This document shows, in pieces, positions 13,219 through 25,884 of a stretch of DNA of 64,000 nucleotides (positions are counted from its first letter, which is position 1; every line of letters starts with the position of its first letter). The stretch lies in NCBI RefSeq assembly GCF_004010195.1, contig NC_057719.1, forward strand, positions 58,979,106 to 59,043,105, written 5' to 3'. A program made the position numbers and the translations under genes. Source of the DNA: Chiloscyllium plagiosum. Lineage: Eukaryota. The notes beneath the pieces were generated by a model, which was not told the origin of the DNA, did not search any database, and saw only the letters and a program-made list of their open reading frames with translations.

Positions 13219-13619
13219 GTACTGCACTTTCCCCCCACAATATTTAAAAAACTTCAATGTATTAAATCCACTTTGCAATTGCTGAATAATGTTGATCTCT
13301 ATTTTCACTGTTCATAAAGATTTAAATCGATTTCAGTATAGATTAAAACACAATTATAGTATTTCTGAATGAATAATTTTACTGCCGTATCAGAAAAAGT
13401 ACATTGTAAAGCAGTGGGTGAGGAAAATTATACAAAGTAGATAATTGCTTGCATTGCCATTTTTTAAATTAGTGAAATTACTAAAGTTTATTACAATATT
13501 TAAAATAGGCATGCATGTTTGAAGGAAATAAATTTTTGCTGCAAAGAAGGTTAGTAAGATTAATTAGTGAAATCTTACATCCTCATTTTTTTCTTAATAA
13601 CCGTCTCTTATTCATACAT

Positions 13620-15551
13620 GCATTTATTTTGTGTGCAGCTTTCAAATATGTGAAGCGTAATCCATATTGAATGGGTATGAATCCACTATAGCAACTTGTA
13701 TAAGATCTGATGGTTAGAACAGCTCTGAAATGCCACCTTGTAAATTACCAGGCATCAAATGGGTTTACCCATCTTGTGAAATGGTTACTAATCTTAATTC
13801 AGGTTGCAGGTTTAAAGGGACTTACAACAACTTCGAAAAGGAATAGCTGCTGAATATTCTAATTTATCAATTTCTAAGTCTCACAAAAGGAAAAATAGTA
13901 ATAATTGTTCTGCATCATTTAGAGCAATGGAAATTTCTTAACTGTTGAACTACAACTAATTTCTAATGTCTAACTATACTTTGCTGAAGACCTTGTATTA
14001 TTCAATTGTATAGTAAATGCAATAAATTCAATTGGATATCATTCTTTGCCTTTTCCCAGAACCTCATGTTCATGATATCAAAAAAGACATTAACCATTAA
14101 ACAGAACACTTTCCCATTTTAGGAAACCCGAACTGATACAAGGTATCTTCAGGTCAAATGCAGCACAGGCAGAGTTCATCATTTTAACAAAATACAAACA
14201 TGCATCTGCTATATCTTTTGAAACATGTACACCTTCTGCACAGTTAGTCAATTTCTACAAGTAGTTCATGCTTTGTGGCTTCTTCAATGCTGGTTAGCTG
14301 GCGAATTGTCCATTCTTTTATCCGAATTTGCTGGAAGATAGTAAGGAGAGATGTTTTACACTCAGTCCCATGTAATTTTGAAAGCCTCAGCAAAAAGAGC
14401 TATTGCATAACTAAGTTTAGCTATACAATGAATAATAATTCTATTTGGTTAGCAATAGTGAGAGTATCTATTGCCTGTATGATGAGCATGCAAGATGCTT
14501 GTTTCTCCATTATGAAATTTTGTCTGATGTTCACTTCAAAGTCCTTCCACTGGCTTAGGTTTGGAGACAGAGCCAAATTGTTGGAATAATTTAAACCTGA
14601 AGAGAAATTGAGCCCAGTTATGAATTTGTGCCAGAGACAGGGGCTCTTTTTGTTGGAAAAAGGTAAATTTGCAGAATTGAGATGAGCAGTTATGAAGACC
14701 GTTAGATTAACTTTCAGGTTGGAATCAAAAAGCACATTTAAATAAAGTGTTACTAAAAGTCAATTTGTTCAGCAATTCTCCCACACATCTTGTTGTATGT
14801 AAATTAGATTTCAAAATCAAATCTTGCGTGAACAATTTATAAAAAAACTCTGAACATACCTGTTCAATAGGCATTTTTTTCTTCCTATACTTTCTCTTTT
14901 TGCGAATAGATTTCCGAACATTATTTAGGTCAATGGCAGGAGATTTCGGAGAAAGAAGCCTGGATTGGTCTTTAATGATTTCCTCAATACTTTTCTTACT
15001 GAACAGTTTGGGAGATGTTGGTATTGGTTGGTCATCTTCAACAGCAATTTCTTCAACTGGAGAGTCACCTGTGGCATTTGCAATACCGGACTTGTGAATC
15101 TGTTCAGTTTCTGATAAAGCCATATTTTGATGGCTTTCTTCAAGGATCGTTGAGAGATTTGCTCCTTTAGAATATGTAGATTTGCTTGACATAACTGTGT
15201 TCCATTGTTTAGCTCCTGTTTTAAAACTGACACTGTTTATAATCATGAGCTTCTGAGTATTCTCAGGACTTGAAGAAATTTTCTCAAAACTTTCATCATT
15301 GGGGTTTACAAATTTAGATATGGGAGAGATGGTTGGTATCCCAGACTTGAACAAGACTGATTCATAAAGCATTTTCTGTGTTTCAAAGCTATCATGTTCT
15401 ATTCTGGATAGCTCTATATTCTTTCCCACAAAGTTATCTCTGTTTTCAAAGGAGAATTCAGGCGTGCTACATTTTACAGAGGATGAAAGTCCAGTTGTCA
15501 GTAGCTCCACATTTATAAAAGGTATTTCTTCGTCAGACATACTGTTGATCC
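13620..15551 (-). pseudogene. Nested antisense gene remnant (large exon): 271-aa open frame, then disrupted continuation with weak TOPAZ1-like C-terminal resemblance
   Basis: Minus-strand acceptor ...tcttttgtgctctgtccttAG| at 15553/15552. ORF 15540-14725 is Ser/Glu-rich with the basic cluster RKSIRKKRKYRKKK. An overlapping frame covers 14735-14421, with in-frame stops at 14423-21, 14402-00 and 14246-44 and further frameshifts. AATAAA on minus at 13628-13623. No transposon motifs recognised. Confidence 0.6.
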
Positions 15552-15907
15552 CTAAGGACAGAGCACAAAAGAGTTGATTTCAAAGGGGAAGCAAAACATA
15601 TGGGCCTGAATTTCCAGACCCCATTGACTATGGTTCATGCTTTTGGGTAAAATACTGCAAACTCTGCTGCTCTTACTAGGTACCATCAGGCATATGATTT
15701 ACAGGCTGACAAACAACCTATTGGGTCATATCATGAACACACCTTCCATAGCCAATACATCTGAGCGGGAATTAAACCTGGAGTTTCTGGACTAGAGATA
15801 CAGATGTTCCCATTGCTCCACAAGACCACCTATCATCTTCACTCCATTAAAACAGTACCAATGATGAAAGTCTTTTCAAACAATGAAACCAAAGTTTTAT
15901 TCAGTAC

Positions 15908-16347
15908 CTCACAATAACAGCCAGACAATCTCCTTTGATCTGTTGGGATCAAACTGTTGGAATTGTTGTAGGTTCTGAAAAGCAACCAAACATCAATAAT
16001 TGCATAATGGTAGTCTTCAGGATAATGTCAAGAAACAGGTATTGTAACTGCTAGATCAGATTGTTTTTTTTTAAATCTCCTCACTGGATACAGGCAGCTT
16101 TAAAAGTTTTAAAATGCTAGGGGTTTAAATAGATTCACAGTCCTATAGACCTTTGCCAGTCTTCAATCTAAATATTTGTCACTCTATGACTGCAACTTAA
16201 AGACTTTTCTGCTGTAAAACACCAGTATTCAAAAAGGTCCAACTGAATTTGGATTTCCCTCATATATGAATCACATCTTGCACTGACTGGTTAATATGTG
16301 AATTGATTGTCTCCACAACTCTGCAGAAATAGTGCCAAAAGTTGGAA
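15908..16347 (-). pseudogene. Candidate decayed upstream exon of the nested antisense gene
   Basis: Minus-strand acceptor aaaagttgttttttAG| (16349/16348) and donor GAG|GTactg (15907). Patches such as DLFEYWCFTAEKSLSCSH and DYHYAIIDVWLLFRTYNN, but all frames contain stops. Confidence 0.3.
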
Positions 16348-16489
16348 CTAAAAAACAACTTTTCACAAAATTATTTTTTAACAAAAAAATCTAAATAACC
16401 AAACTCCATCTTTCTAACCCTTTAGGAGTACACTAGTTTCTTGTGAGAAGAAATGTAATTTTTGTTCATTCAGGTGATATGACCTCCAT

Positions 16490-17010
16490 TGAGTGTATGG
16501 CTATCCCCAGTTGCCCTTGACAAATTAGTGGCGAGCTGCCTCCTTGAACTGCTGCAGTCCATTTGATGTATCTAATCAAAAATGCTATTAGGACCAAATT
16601 CTGATACTCACTCACTCCCTAATGACAATAAAGGAATGATAGTATATTTCCAAATGAAATGGTGATGGCATGGGGAAGAACATACAGGTGGTGGTGTTCC
16701 CATGCGTCTATTGCCCTTCTCCTTGTAGATTGTAGTGGTCGTGGGTTTGGAAAATGCTGTCAAAGGTACCTAGATGAATTTCACTACATCTCGTAGATGG
16801 TGCATATTGCTGTCCATCAGTGGTGGATGGAGTGAATGTTTATGTATGTGGTGCTACTCAAATGAGCTGCTTTTTCCTGGATGGTGTCAATGTTGGAGCT
16901 ACACTCATCTGAGTAAGTGGGTAGTGATCCATTGTTACTTGTAGATGGTGGAAAGGCTTTGGAGTTCAGGAAGTGAGATACCTACTGCAGGATTCCTTAC
17001 CTCTGGTTTG
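16490..17010 (-). mobile_element. Old non-LTR retrotransposon 3' fragment (same family as 24230-26170)
   Basis: The start (ccccagttgcccttga...ccttgaactgctgcagtcca) is the reverse complement of the 3' end at 26055-26110. Confidence 0.6.
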
Positions 17011-17024
17011 TTTTTGTCATTACA

Positions 17025-18490
17025 GCATAGGAGCAGGCTCTTAAGCCCACTATTTGTGTTGACCTTGATGCCATTCTAAACTAATCTCATCTGCCTGCAC
17101 ATGGTCCTTATTCCTCTATTCTCTGCCTGTCCATGTAACTGTCTAAATGCATCTTAAATGTTGCTGTCATGTCTGCTTCTACCAACTCCCCAGCAGCACT
17201 TTCAAGACAACTACTACCTTCTTATGTAAAAAAAAACTTGCCTCACACATCTCCTTTAAACTTTGCCCTTTTCACCTTAAAGCTATACCCTATTGTATTT
17301 GAAATTTCTTCTGTGAGAACTATTCATCCTATCCATGCTTCTCAATTTTATATGTTTTTAATCAGGTCACCCTTCAGCCTCTGAAACTCTAGTAAAAACA
17401 ATCCAAGTTTGATCAACCTCTCCTTAAAACTGGTCTGCTCCAATCCATGCAACATCCTGGTAAACCTCTTTTGCACCCTCTCCATTATTCCTATATTGTA
17501 TTGACTAGAACGGCTAACAATGCTCCAAATAAGCCTAACTAAAGTCTTCTATAGCTTCAACATGACTTGCCAACTTTAATATTCAATGCCCTGACTGAAG
17601 GCAAGTCCTCCTTTACCACCTTATCCACTTATATTGCCACCTTTGGGGAGCTACAGACTTTCAGGGAGCTATGCACCCTAAGATCCTTCTGTATATTAGT
17701 GCTCTGAAGGGTTCAGTCATATACAGTGTATTTTCCTCTTGCATTTGACCCTCCAAAACGCACCACCCCACACTTCCAATTAAACTCCACCCAACTTTCC
17801 AACTGATCTATGTATTGCTATATCCTTTGACAGCCTTCCTCACAATCCACAAATCCACTAATTTTCACATCGCCTGCAAATTTACTAATCAAACCATCTA
17901 TATTTTCATCCAAATCATTTATATACATTACAAACAGAGGTCGGAGCACTGATCCACACAGAATACCACTGATCATGAACCTCCAGTCAGAAATACACAC
18001 CTCCACAACTATCCCCTGTCTTCAAACCAATTTTATATCCAACTTAGCAACTCATCCCATAAGACTTGATCTTCTGGACCAGCCTACTGTGAGGGCTCTT
18101 GTCAAATGCTTTAGTAAAGTCCATGTAGACAAGATTCACTGACCTGTCCTCAATCATCTTTGTCACTTCCTCAAAACACTCAGTCAAATTTGAGAAGTAA
18201 GGCCTCCACACATATAAAAGCTATTCTGACTGTCCTGAATAAATCCATTCTTTTCCAAATGCAAGTAAATCCTATTCCTAAGAATTTTCTGCAAACTTTC
18301 CCTACCACTGATAGAATGCCTACTAGCCTATATTTTCCTGGATTATCTTTGTTGCCCTTCTTAAACAAAGGAACAATGTTGGCTATTCTCTAGCCTATGG
18401 CTAAAAAGGATACAAAGATCTCTATTAAGGCCGGAGAAATCTCCTCCCTTGCTAGATCCTATCAGACCCTGGGGACTTATTTACCTCAAT
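17025..18490 (-). mobile_element. Degenerate CR1-clade LINE (appears to continue at ~19290-19430 after a PLE insertion)
   Basis: Minus ORFs FKKGNKDNPGKYRLV and GSVLRPLFVMYINDLDENIDGLISKFAGD; CR1 3' end near 17030. Confidence 0.85.
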
Positions 18491-19282
18491 GACTTTGTTA
18501 AGTCTCTCATCTTTTAGAATGACCACATTGGTTTCAGCTCTTTCATTTGTAAATCACAAAACTTTTTTTAAAAAATTACATTCTCCAGTGCACTTTAACA
18601 ATTGGTGTCATGTTGGCCCAGGTAAAGTATTGAAGGTGTTAACTGCCAGTGAGGCTGTCTGTGCCACAATGGTCAGACTGATTCTAATCTAAAAAACGGA
18701 TTTACAGTATCTTACACGGATTCATGCAGTTTTTGAGCAATGTAAAATGTAATTCTGCAAGTACAAATTAACCCTACAAACTTATATGTGTCTGCATGTG
18801 GCTATGTGTGTGTTTGGGGGGGGGGGGGAGAGAAGGGAAGAGCGGTTATGGTGTCTATGAGAGGGTGTGTATATGTGTGTGAGTGTAAAGGGCTTTAAGT
18901 CTATCAGAGGGTGTGTGTGGGGTCCATCTGTCTGTATGTTTGTGTGTAGTGCAATGGGGTCACCTGTAGTGTGACGTGAACCCAAGGTCCCGGTTGAGGC
19001 CATCACCACGTTGAGAATGTAACATTTAGAAAAAGTTTTGCGATTAACATATGAAAGAACTGAAACCAACATGGTCATTCTAAAAGATGAGAGACTTAAC
19101 AAACAATCCAGTTCTTTTTTCAATATATAATTTCAGTTACATCACACTGTAAACTTTTGCTATAACTTCTTTGTCTTACAATCTTATTCTCCACAACCAC
19201 CTGATGAAGGAGCAGCACTCCAAAAGCTAGTTCTTCCAAATAAACCTGTTGGACTATAACCTGGTGTTGTGTGATTTTTAAC
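18490..19282 (+). mobile_element. Penelope-like 3' fragment with short inverted 5' copy and decayed hammerhead
   Basis: 18496-18570 is the reverse complement of ~19030-19102. 19198-19231 reads CAC-CTGATGA-AGGAGCAGCACTCC-AAAA-GCTAGT (GAAA mutated). tatttacc occurs on both sides (18478-85, 19283-90). Confidence 0.65.
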
Positions 19283-19429
19283 TATTTACCAAGGACATTT
19301 CATGGCCCTTTTTCTATTTTTAGCGGTCCTAATTTCTTGTTTCATGTTCTTTCCTGCATCCTTTATATTCCTCAAGAGTCTTGTCTGAGTTCAGTTTCCT
19401 AAGCCTTACATATGCTTCTTTCCCCTATA

Positions 19430-21450
19430 TGGCCAGTCAAGTTCAGTTCTGGTTAGTGGGATACCCTAGGATGTTGATTGTGAAGATTCAGTAATGGTGA
19501 TGCCATTGAACATCAAGGACACAATGACTGGATTCTCCCTTGTTAGAAAAGGATAATAGCCAAGCATATGCATGGCTTTGGTATTACTATTTGTCAGCTG
19601 AAGTCTGAATATTTTCCAGATCTTCCTAAGTTTGGACACAGATTCAGATTCAGAGGAGTCATAAATATACAATGTTCAGCACCAATCAAAATCAGCAAAC
19701 ATCACCATTCTGAGCTTATGATGGAGAGATCTTGATGAAGCAGCTAAAGGTGGTCAGGCCTTGGACACTACCCTGAGGAACTCAAGCAGAGATAACCTGG
19801 AGTTGAGATGATTGGCCTCCAACAACTATAACTATCTTCTTTAGTATGACACCAGAGGGTTTACCATCTGATTCCATAATTGGCCTTCTCCATAATCGAT
19901 TCTATTTTTACTCGGGATCCTGGTTGTCACACTCAGGCAAATGTGCCCTTATGCCAAAGGTGGTCATTCTCATTTCTCCTCTGGAGTTCTGACCATGTTT
20001 GACCCAAGCTATAAATGAGGTAAAGAGCAGAATGGTCTGGGCAGAACCCAAACTAGGCATCATTAAGCAGGTCAGTGCTGCTGATAGCACTGTCAAGGTG
20101 GTAATTGGCCAGCTTAATATTTCCTGTTCTGTCTGTGTGTGTAAGGTCTATCTGGGCAATTTTCCAAATTGCTGGATAGGTGCCCGTGTTGTAGATATAC
20201 TGGAACTGGATACGGTAAGGTCCAGAGCATGTCTTTACCACTATATTTGGAATGTTGTCAGGGCCCATCATTTGCAGCCAGCTCTTGATGTCAAATAGAC
20301 TGAACCTAATAATTTGTTGAAGACTGGCATCAGTGGTGCAGGCAATCTCAGGGAGAGGCTGAGATGATTATCCATGTATAATTTCACAGTGCAAATTGTT
20401 TTAAATGCTTCAGCCTTATTCATTTGCATAGCTATGTTTGGCCTTCTCCATAATTGAAGATAGCAATAATTGTGGGGCCTCCTCCTCCAGTGAATTGTTT
20501 AATTGTCCATCCCCCATTCATATATGAACATGGCAGGACCATAGAGCTTATAGCTAATCCATTGGTTGTGGAATTGCTTAACTCTGTATATCAGTATACT
20601 ATTTGGCATGTAAATAGTCTGGTTTTGTAGCTTCACCAGGTTGACACCTCATTTTGTGTAGGTCTGGTGTTGTTCCTGGCATTTTCATTTGCTCACTGCA
20701 TTGAACCAGGATTGATTCCCTGGTTTGATGGTACAGATAATTGTAGATTGGGGGATATGCTAGGTATGTAGTTTTAGACTGTGTTGAAGTGTGATTCTGC
20801 AGATGGTCTGCAGTACCTCTTGGATGCCTGGTTCAAACTCAATCCCCTAAGCACAATGGTAGCACGCACAACATGGAGGATATCCTCAGTGTGAAGACAA
20901 GAGCTTGGCTTCATTCAGACAGTGCAGTGGTCACTGCTGCCATATGGTCACAGATAGATGATGGATCAGTAGCAGGCAGAATGGTGAGGCTTTCCCTCAA
21001 CACATGCTGCAGTTTCAATCTGGTAGTTCTTTCCTTTAGCACTTGACTAATTCAGTCTGTAACGGTACTGCCCATCCACCCACTGTTGATAACGAATACG
21101 AAGTCTCCCATTTTTACCATATTCTGAACCTTTGCCACCCTCACTGCTTCTTCCAAGTGGTGTTCAACATGGATAAGTATTGATTCATCAGCAAGGAGGT
21201 TTTCTTGCCATATGTTTGACTGGATATCATGAAGTCTCGTGGCATCAAGAGTCAATGTTGACTATGTTGTACACTAACTGCCACCCCTTCTACTGGGTCT
21301 GTGCTACAGTGGGATAAGATGTAGACAAAGGCTGTTACTTAACAAGTCTGTGAGACACACTCCCAAGTTTGGTACTGATGTCTGGATGTTAGTAAGGAGG
21401 ACTCTGCAGAGCCAATAGGGTCACATTTGCATTATTTCTTCCTCGGCATA
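19430..21450 (-). mobile_element. Old APE-type non-LTR retrotransposon, degenerate (same family as 24230-26170)
   Basis: Minus ORFs MGPDNIPNIVVKTC...YNTGTYPAIWKIAQ and HVEHHLEEAVRVAKVQN..MGDF; nucleotide similarity to 24230-26170. Confidence 0.75.
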
Positions 21451-23354
21451 GGTTGATGCCACATTTTGAGAATGCTACATTTGGAGGTTTTACTTGTGGA
21501 ATTACTGCCTATCAAGTTGCAAACAACGAATTAAATTCTAATCATCTTTGCACCAATAATCCATTCCAAACTACATTTCTTATTTCAATTTTTGCACAAG
21601 AATTGGAGACATAATAACAGCAACATTTACAACAGTGGAGCACTAAGCTTTAAATCCACATTTATATTTGTTACTATGTTTGAGTGCAACCTATTTAAAG
21701 TGAGACCTGCACAAGGCTGCCAATTGAAGAGTAACATCAGGCTCAGTTCCCAGATTGAGCATCTGGATTTACAACATACAAATTTCAGAACTATTTCACT
21801 GACTCATATTTGAAATGTTTGTTTTTTTAAAAAAATATGTTTACAATGTTTTAACAATATCAAAACATTGATGAAGATACAATGACAGATACTATGATGA
21901 ATTTACATTCAAAAGGACATATTTATACCTCTTACATGTACAGCTTTGTAAAATCTCCAAAGATTATGTAGAAAGATTTAGTTTATCCCACAGATTACAA
22001 CTAAAATACAATGATATAAACAAGTTAAGGTACTCTCAGAATATAACTGAGCAAAGCAAAGATACATTAACTTGCTGTTAACATCTTACCCGTTTAGTTC
22101 ACAACTGAAGCACAACCTACCTTAAGCAAATCCTAGCATGACATCTACTTAGATAAGATAACGATGAGTTAACAAAGTCCACCTGTATTTCAAATGTTGA
22201 TCATTAGGGAGTCCCTTGCAAATAAATCATTGTTATAAAGCTTAATTATTTTCAAAGCCAAAAGTAAGCAGCTAATTTACAACCAATAAACAATTAATAA
22301 TAAAGTATCAAATTTCACCGGAATAAGAGTGAACATGAATCATTTAGTATTAGAAACTTTGACACCTTGGCATATTTTATATATATCTTTAAAATTGTCA
22401 TCTGTTTTAATATCCAGGCCAGCTGAATGTCAAATGACTGATGGAAGTTAATTCATAGCATTGTGAGGATATTCACTTCAGCAGAAAGAATGGGGAGAGG
22501 CATTAGAGACTTATTGAAACAATTCTAATCAATGTGTAGGGATAGAGAGGCTGTCTTGTGATGCAGTGACCATGTTCCTACTTCTGAACTGGAGGTCTGG
22601 GTTCCACTTCAGAGGTGTATCATAGAATATCCAGACTGATCTGGATTTTATGCACAAAAGTTTTTCCAAGGGACAGGACATACTGATAACATGGTTAACA
22701 AAGAATGTAGGATCTTTTGGAAGCAAAAAGAAAGAATATTTTCCATATAGCAATCAGTAATGACTTGGAACTCATTGCTTATGCAAGTGCTGAAAGCTGA
22801 AATGATGAATGATTTCAAAAGAAAATTGGATGGGCACTTAAAAGAAATAAACTTGCTGGGCTAAGATGATAGATATGGGAGAATGGCACTGATTGAATTG
22901 CTTGACAGAGCTTTGGAAATTTGACGGGCCAAACAGTCTGCCTCAATGACATAATAACCCTGTGAGTATAATTCCCAAGATGTTCATTATGTTCCTGAGC
23001 TACTCAACATTAAAGTGTAATCATTTAATATGGAGGTTTTATAATCCTTGTTGAGCCCAATTTGAATATAATAAATAATTTGTTTCAACAGTTGAAATGA
23101 AGATGATTAATGATTAAGCATTGCCAATTTTCTCTTAATTAGTAGGTTTTCTTCATGTTACGTTGCAAGGTATAATTTTGAAGGTAATTTTGTGGAACAG
23201 CTGTATAATTTTGGTCCTTGTTAATAAATTGAAGCTCTTCACAATCAGTTACCATGTAGTGTATGAATGATAATAGCACTTGGACACATAGTTTGTTTTA
23301 TGTAATGTTCCCCAGCTGCTTCGCAGTAATGGAAACTCAATTTGAAATCAGATA

Positions 23355-23730
23355 GGTCAGCTGTGCTCAGTTGGTGGGACCACTGCCTCTGAATCACAAA
23401 ATTCCAAGCTTCTGTCCCATTTCAGGGCTTGAGCGTAAAATAAAGGCCGCTCCTGTGCAATATCTAGAGGACATTGCACTGTTGTGGGTGCCATGTTTCT
23501 GACAAGCGATAAGAACCCATCTATCTGGATATAAATACCCCAAGATATTGTTTTGAAGAAGAGCAGGGGAGTTATCCTCACTGTCTTGAACAATAGTTAT
23601 CTTCCAATCAACATCATACAAAGCAAAAAATGTAGTTATTATCATACTACTGATTATAGTGAGTTGCTGAGCGCACTTGCTACATTACAACAGTGACTAT
23701 ACTTCAAAAAGTCTCATTGGCAGTAAGTCC
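23355..23730 (+). mobile_element. Deu-domain SINE (SacSINE1/AmnSINE1-like), old
   Basis: tRNA-like head gctcagttggt..., core gaagaagagcaggggagtt..., tail ctacattacaacagtgacta.acttcaaaa. Related copies at 34885 and 58463. Confidence 0.7.
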
Positions 23731-25509
23731 GATTGATTGACAGGACTAAATGGAGGGACTTCCTTCCACTGCGGGGAATGGAGGTCCCACTATCACCTTG
23801 TTAACATCAACTGTAGCATAAAAGAGTGGAGGCATGGGGATCTTGTGGCAGTGTCCTTACCTCTGGGTCCTGGGTTCAAGTCCCACCTGTTCCCAAGATA
23901 TGTGCTACTATTTGTGAGCACCTTATTTAGGGTAAATAAATACAACCCCAAGGGGAAAAGATAGTTTTTTTTTTAAAATGTAATCCTGAGAAATTAACAT
24001 ACTGGTTTCCCATTTTGAAGTAGAAAAGACAAATTATACCAGTATGTCTCATTCACCTGTTCTAATGGTTTTTTCTTTAGGGGAGGGGTGGGTTGAATAT
24101 GGAGGAAACAGAATTTGGAAATTGCGGGGTGGGGGGGGGAGGACTCCACTATTTCATCTGAGTCCCTCTTTATCCCGATTAAACACAGCTCTGAAGATGG
24201 GAAGGAATGTATTATTGCACCAAGATCAGCTGGGAGTCTGGTTTGTGTCATCAGACAAATGCCCTACAATCATTACTTGTACTCTGGGTCGGAAATTTCA
24301 ATGTCCACCACCAAGAGTGGCTTGGCAGCAGTGCTACTAATCAAGCTGATCGGGTCCTAAAGAACATAGCTGCTAGAAAGGGTCTGCGGCAAGTAGTGAG
24401 GGAACCAACAAGAATGAAAAATATACTTGACCTCACCTTTACCAATCTGCCAACTGCAGATGCATCTGTCCATTACAGTATCAGTAAGAGTGATCACTAC
24501 ACAGTTCTTTTGAAGATGAAGTCCAGCCTTCACATTGAGAATAACCTTCATCATGTTTTGTGGACTATCACCATGCTAAATAGGTCAGACTTCAAACAGG
24601 TTTAGCAACTCAACCCTGGACATCCATGTGGTTTTGTGGGCCATCAACAGCAGCAAAATTATACTCTAGCACAATCTGTATGGCCCAGCATATCCCCATT
24701 CAATCGTTTCCATCTAGCCAGGGATCAACCCTGGTTCAATGAAGAGTGCAGGATAGCATGTTAGAAGCAGCATCAGGAAAACCAGAAGATGAGATGCCAA
24801 CCTGATGAAGCCACCAAACAGGACTACTTGCATGACAAACAACATAAACAGGTAGTGATAGACATAGCTAAATGATCCCACAACCATTAGATCAGTTCTA
24901 AGCTCTGCAGTCCTGCAACATCCAGTCGTGAATGGTAGTGGATGATTAAGCAACTCACTGGAGGAGGACACTCCACAAATATCCCCATCCTCAATGATGG
25001 AAGAGCCCAACACATCAGTGTAAAAGGTAAGGCTGAAGCTTTCACAGCAATCTTCAGTCAGAAATGTTGAATGAATGATCCAGCTCGATGTACCCCAGTG
25101 TTCACCAGCATTACAGATACCAGTCTTCAGCCAGTTTGATTCACTCCACATGATATCAAGAAATGATTGGAGCCACTGGATACTGCAAAGGCTACGGGTG
25201 CTGACAATATTCAGGCAAGAGTACTGAAGACTTCTGCTCTAGAACTTGCCGTTCCACTAATCAAACTGTTCCTGTACAGCTACAACACTTGTATCTACCT
25301 GACAATATGGAAAACTGCCCCAGTATGTCCTAGACATAAAACGTAGGACAACCAACCCAGTTAATTAGTAGACTCTCGATCATCAGTAAATTGATGGAAG
25401 GGGTCATCAACAGTGCTATCAAACAGCACCTGCTCAGCAAGAACCTGCTCAGTGACACTCAGTTTGGGTTCTGCCAGCGCCACTCAGCTCCTAACCTCAT
25501 TATTTATTT

Positions 25510-25884
25510 GATTAGATTAGATTCCCTACAGAATGGAAACAGGCCCTTCTGTCCAACAAGTCCACACCGACCCTCCGAAGAGTAACCCACCCAGACCCAT
25601 TCCCCTACATTTACCCCTGACTAATGCATCTAACACTATGAGATAAAAACAATGACTGCAGATGCTGGAAACCAGATTCTGGATTAGTGGTGCTGGAAGA
25701 GCACAGCAGTTCAGGCAGCATCCGAGGAGCAGCGAAATGGACTTTCGGGCAAAAGCAAGGGCTTTTGCCTGAAACGTCGATTTCGCTGCTCCTTGGATGC
25801 TGCCTGAACTGATGTGCTCTTCCAGCACCACTAATCCAGCATCTAACACTATGGGCAATTTAGCATGGCCAATTCACCTAACCT
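25510..25884 (-). mobile_element. 5'-truncated HE1-like SINE interrupted by a PLE-derived hairpin
   Basis: attagattagattccctacag..ggaaacaggccc...gggcaatttagcatggccaattcacctaacct. cctaacctca occurs on both sides (25490-99, 25877-86). Confidence 0.85.
25641..25838. mobile_element. ~200-bp hairpin insertion made of two inverted PLE terminal-repeat fragments, 15-bp TSD
   Basis: Arms 25680-25756 and 25761-25838 are near-perfect reverse complements. TSD gcatctaacactatg at 25626-25640 and 25839-25853. Confidence 0.88.

Noticed and set aside
21470..21820. Possible further decayed minus-strand exon of the nested gene
   Set aside because: Short protein-like patches only, with stops in the frames examined and no convincing splice sites.
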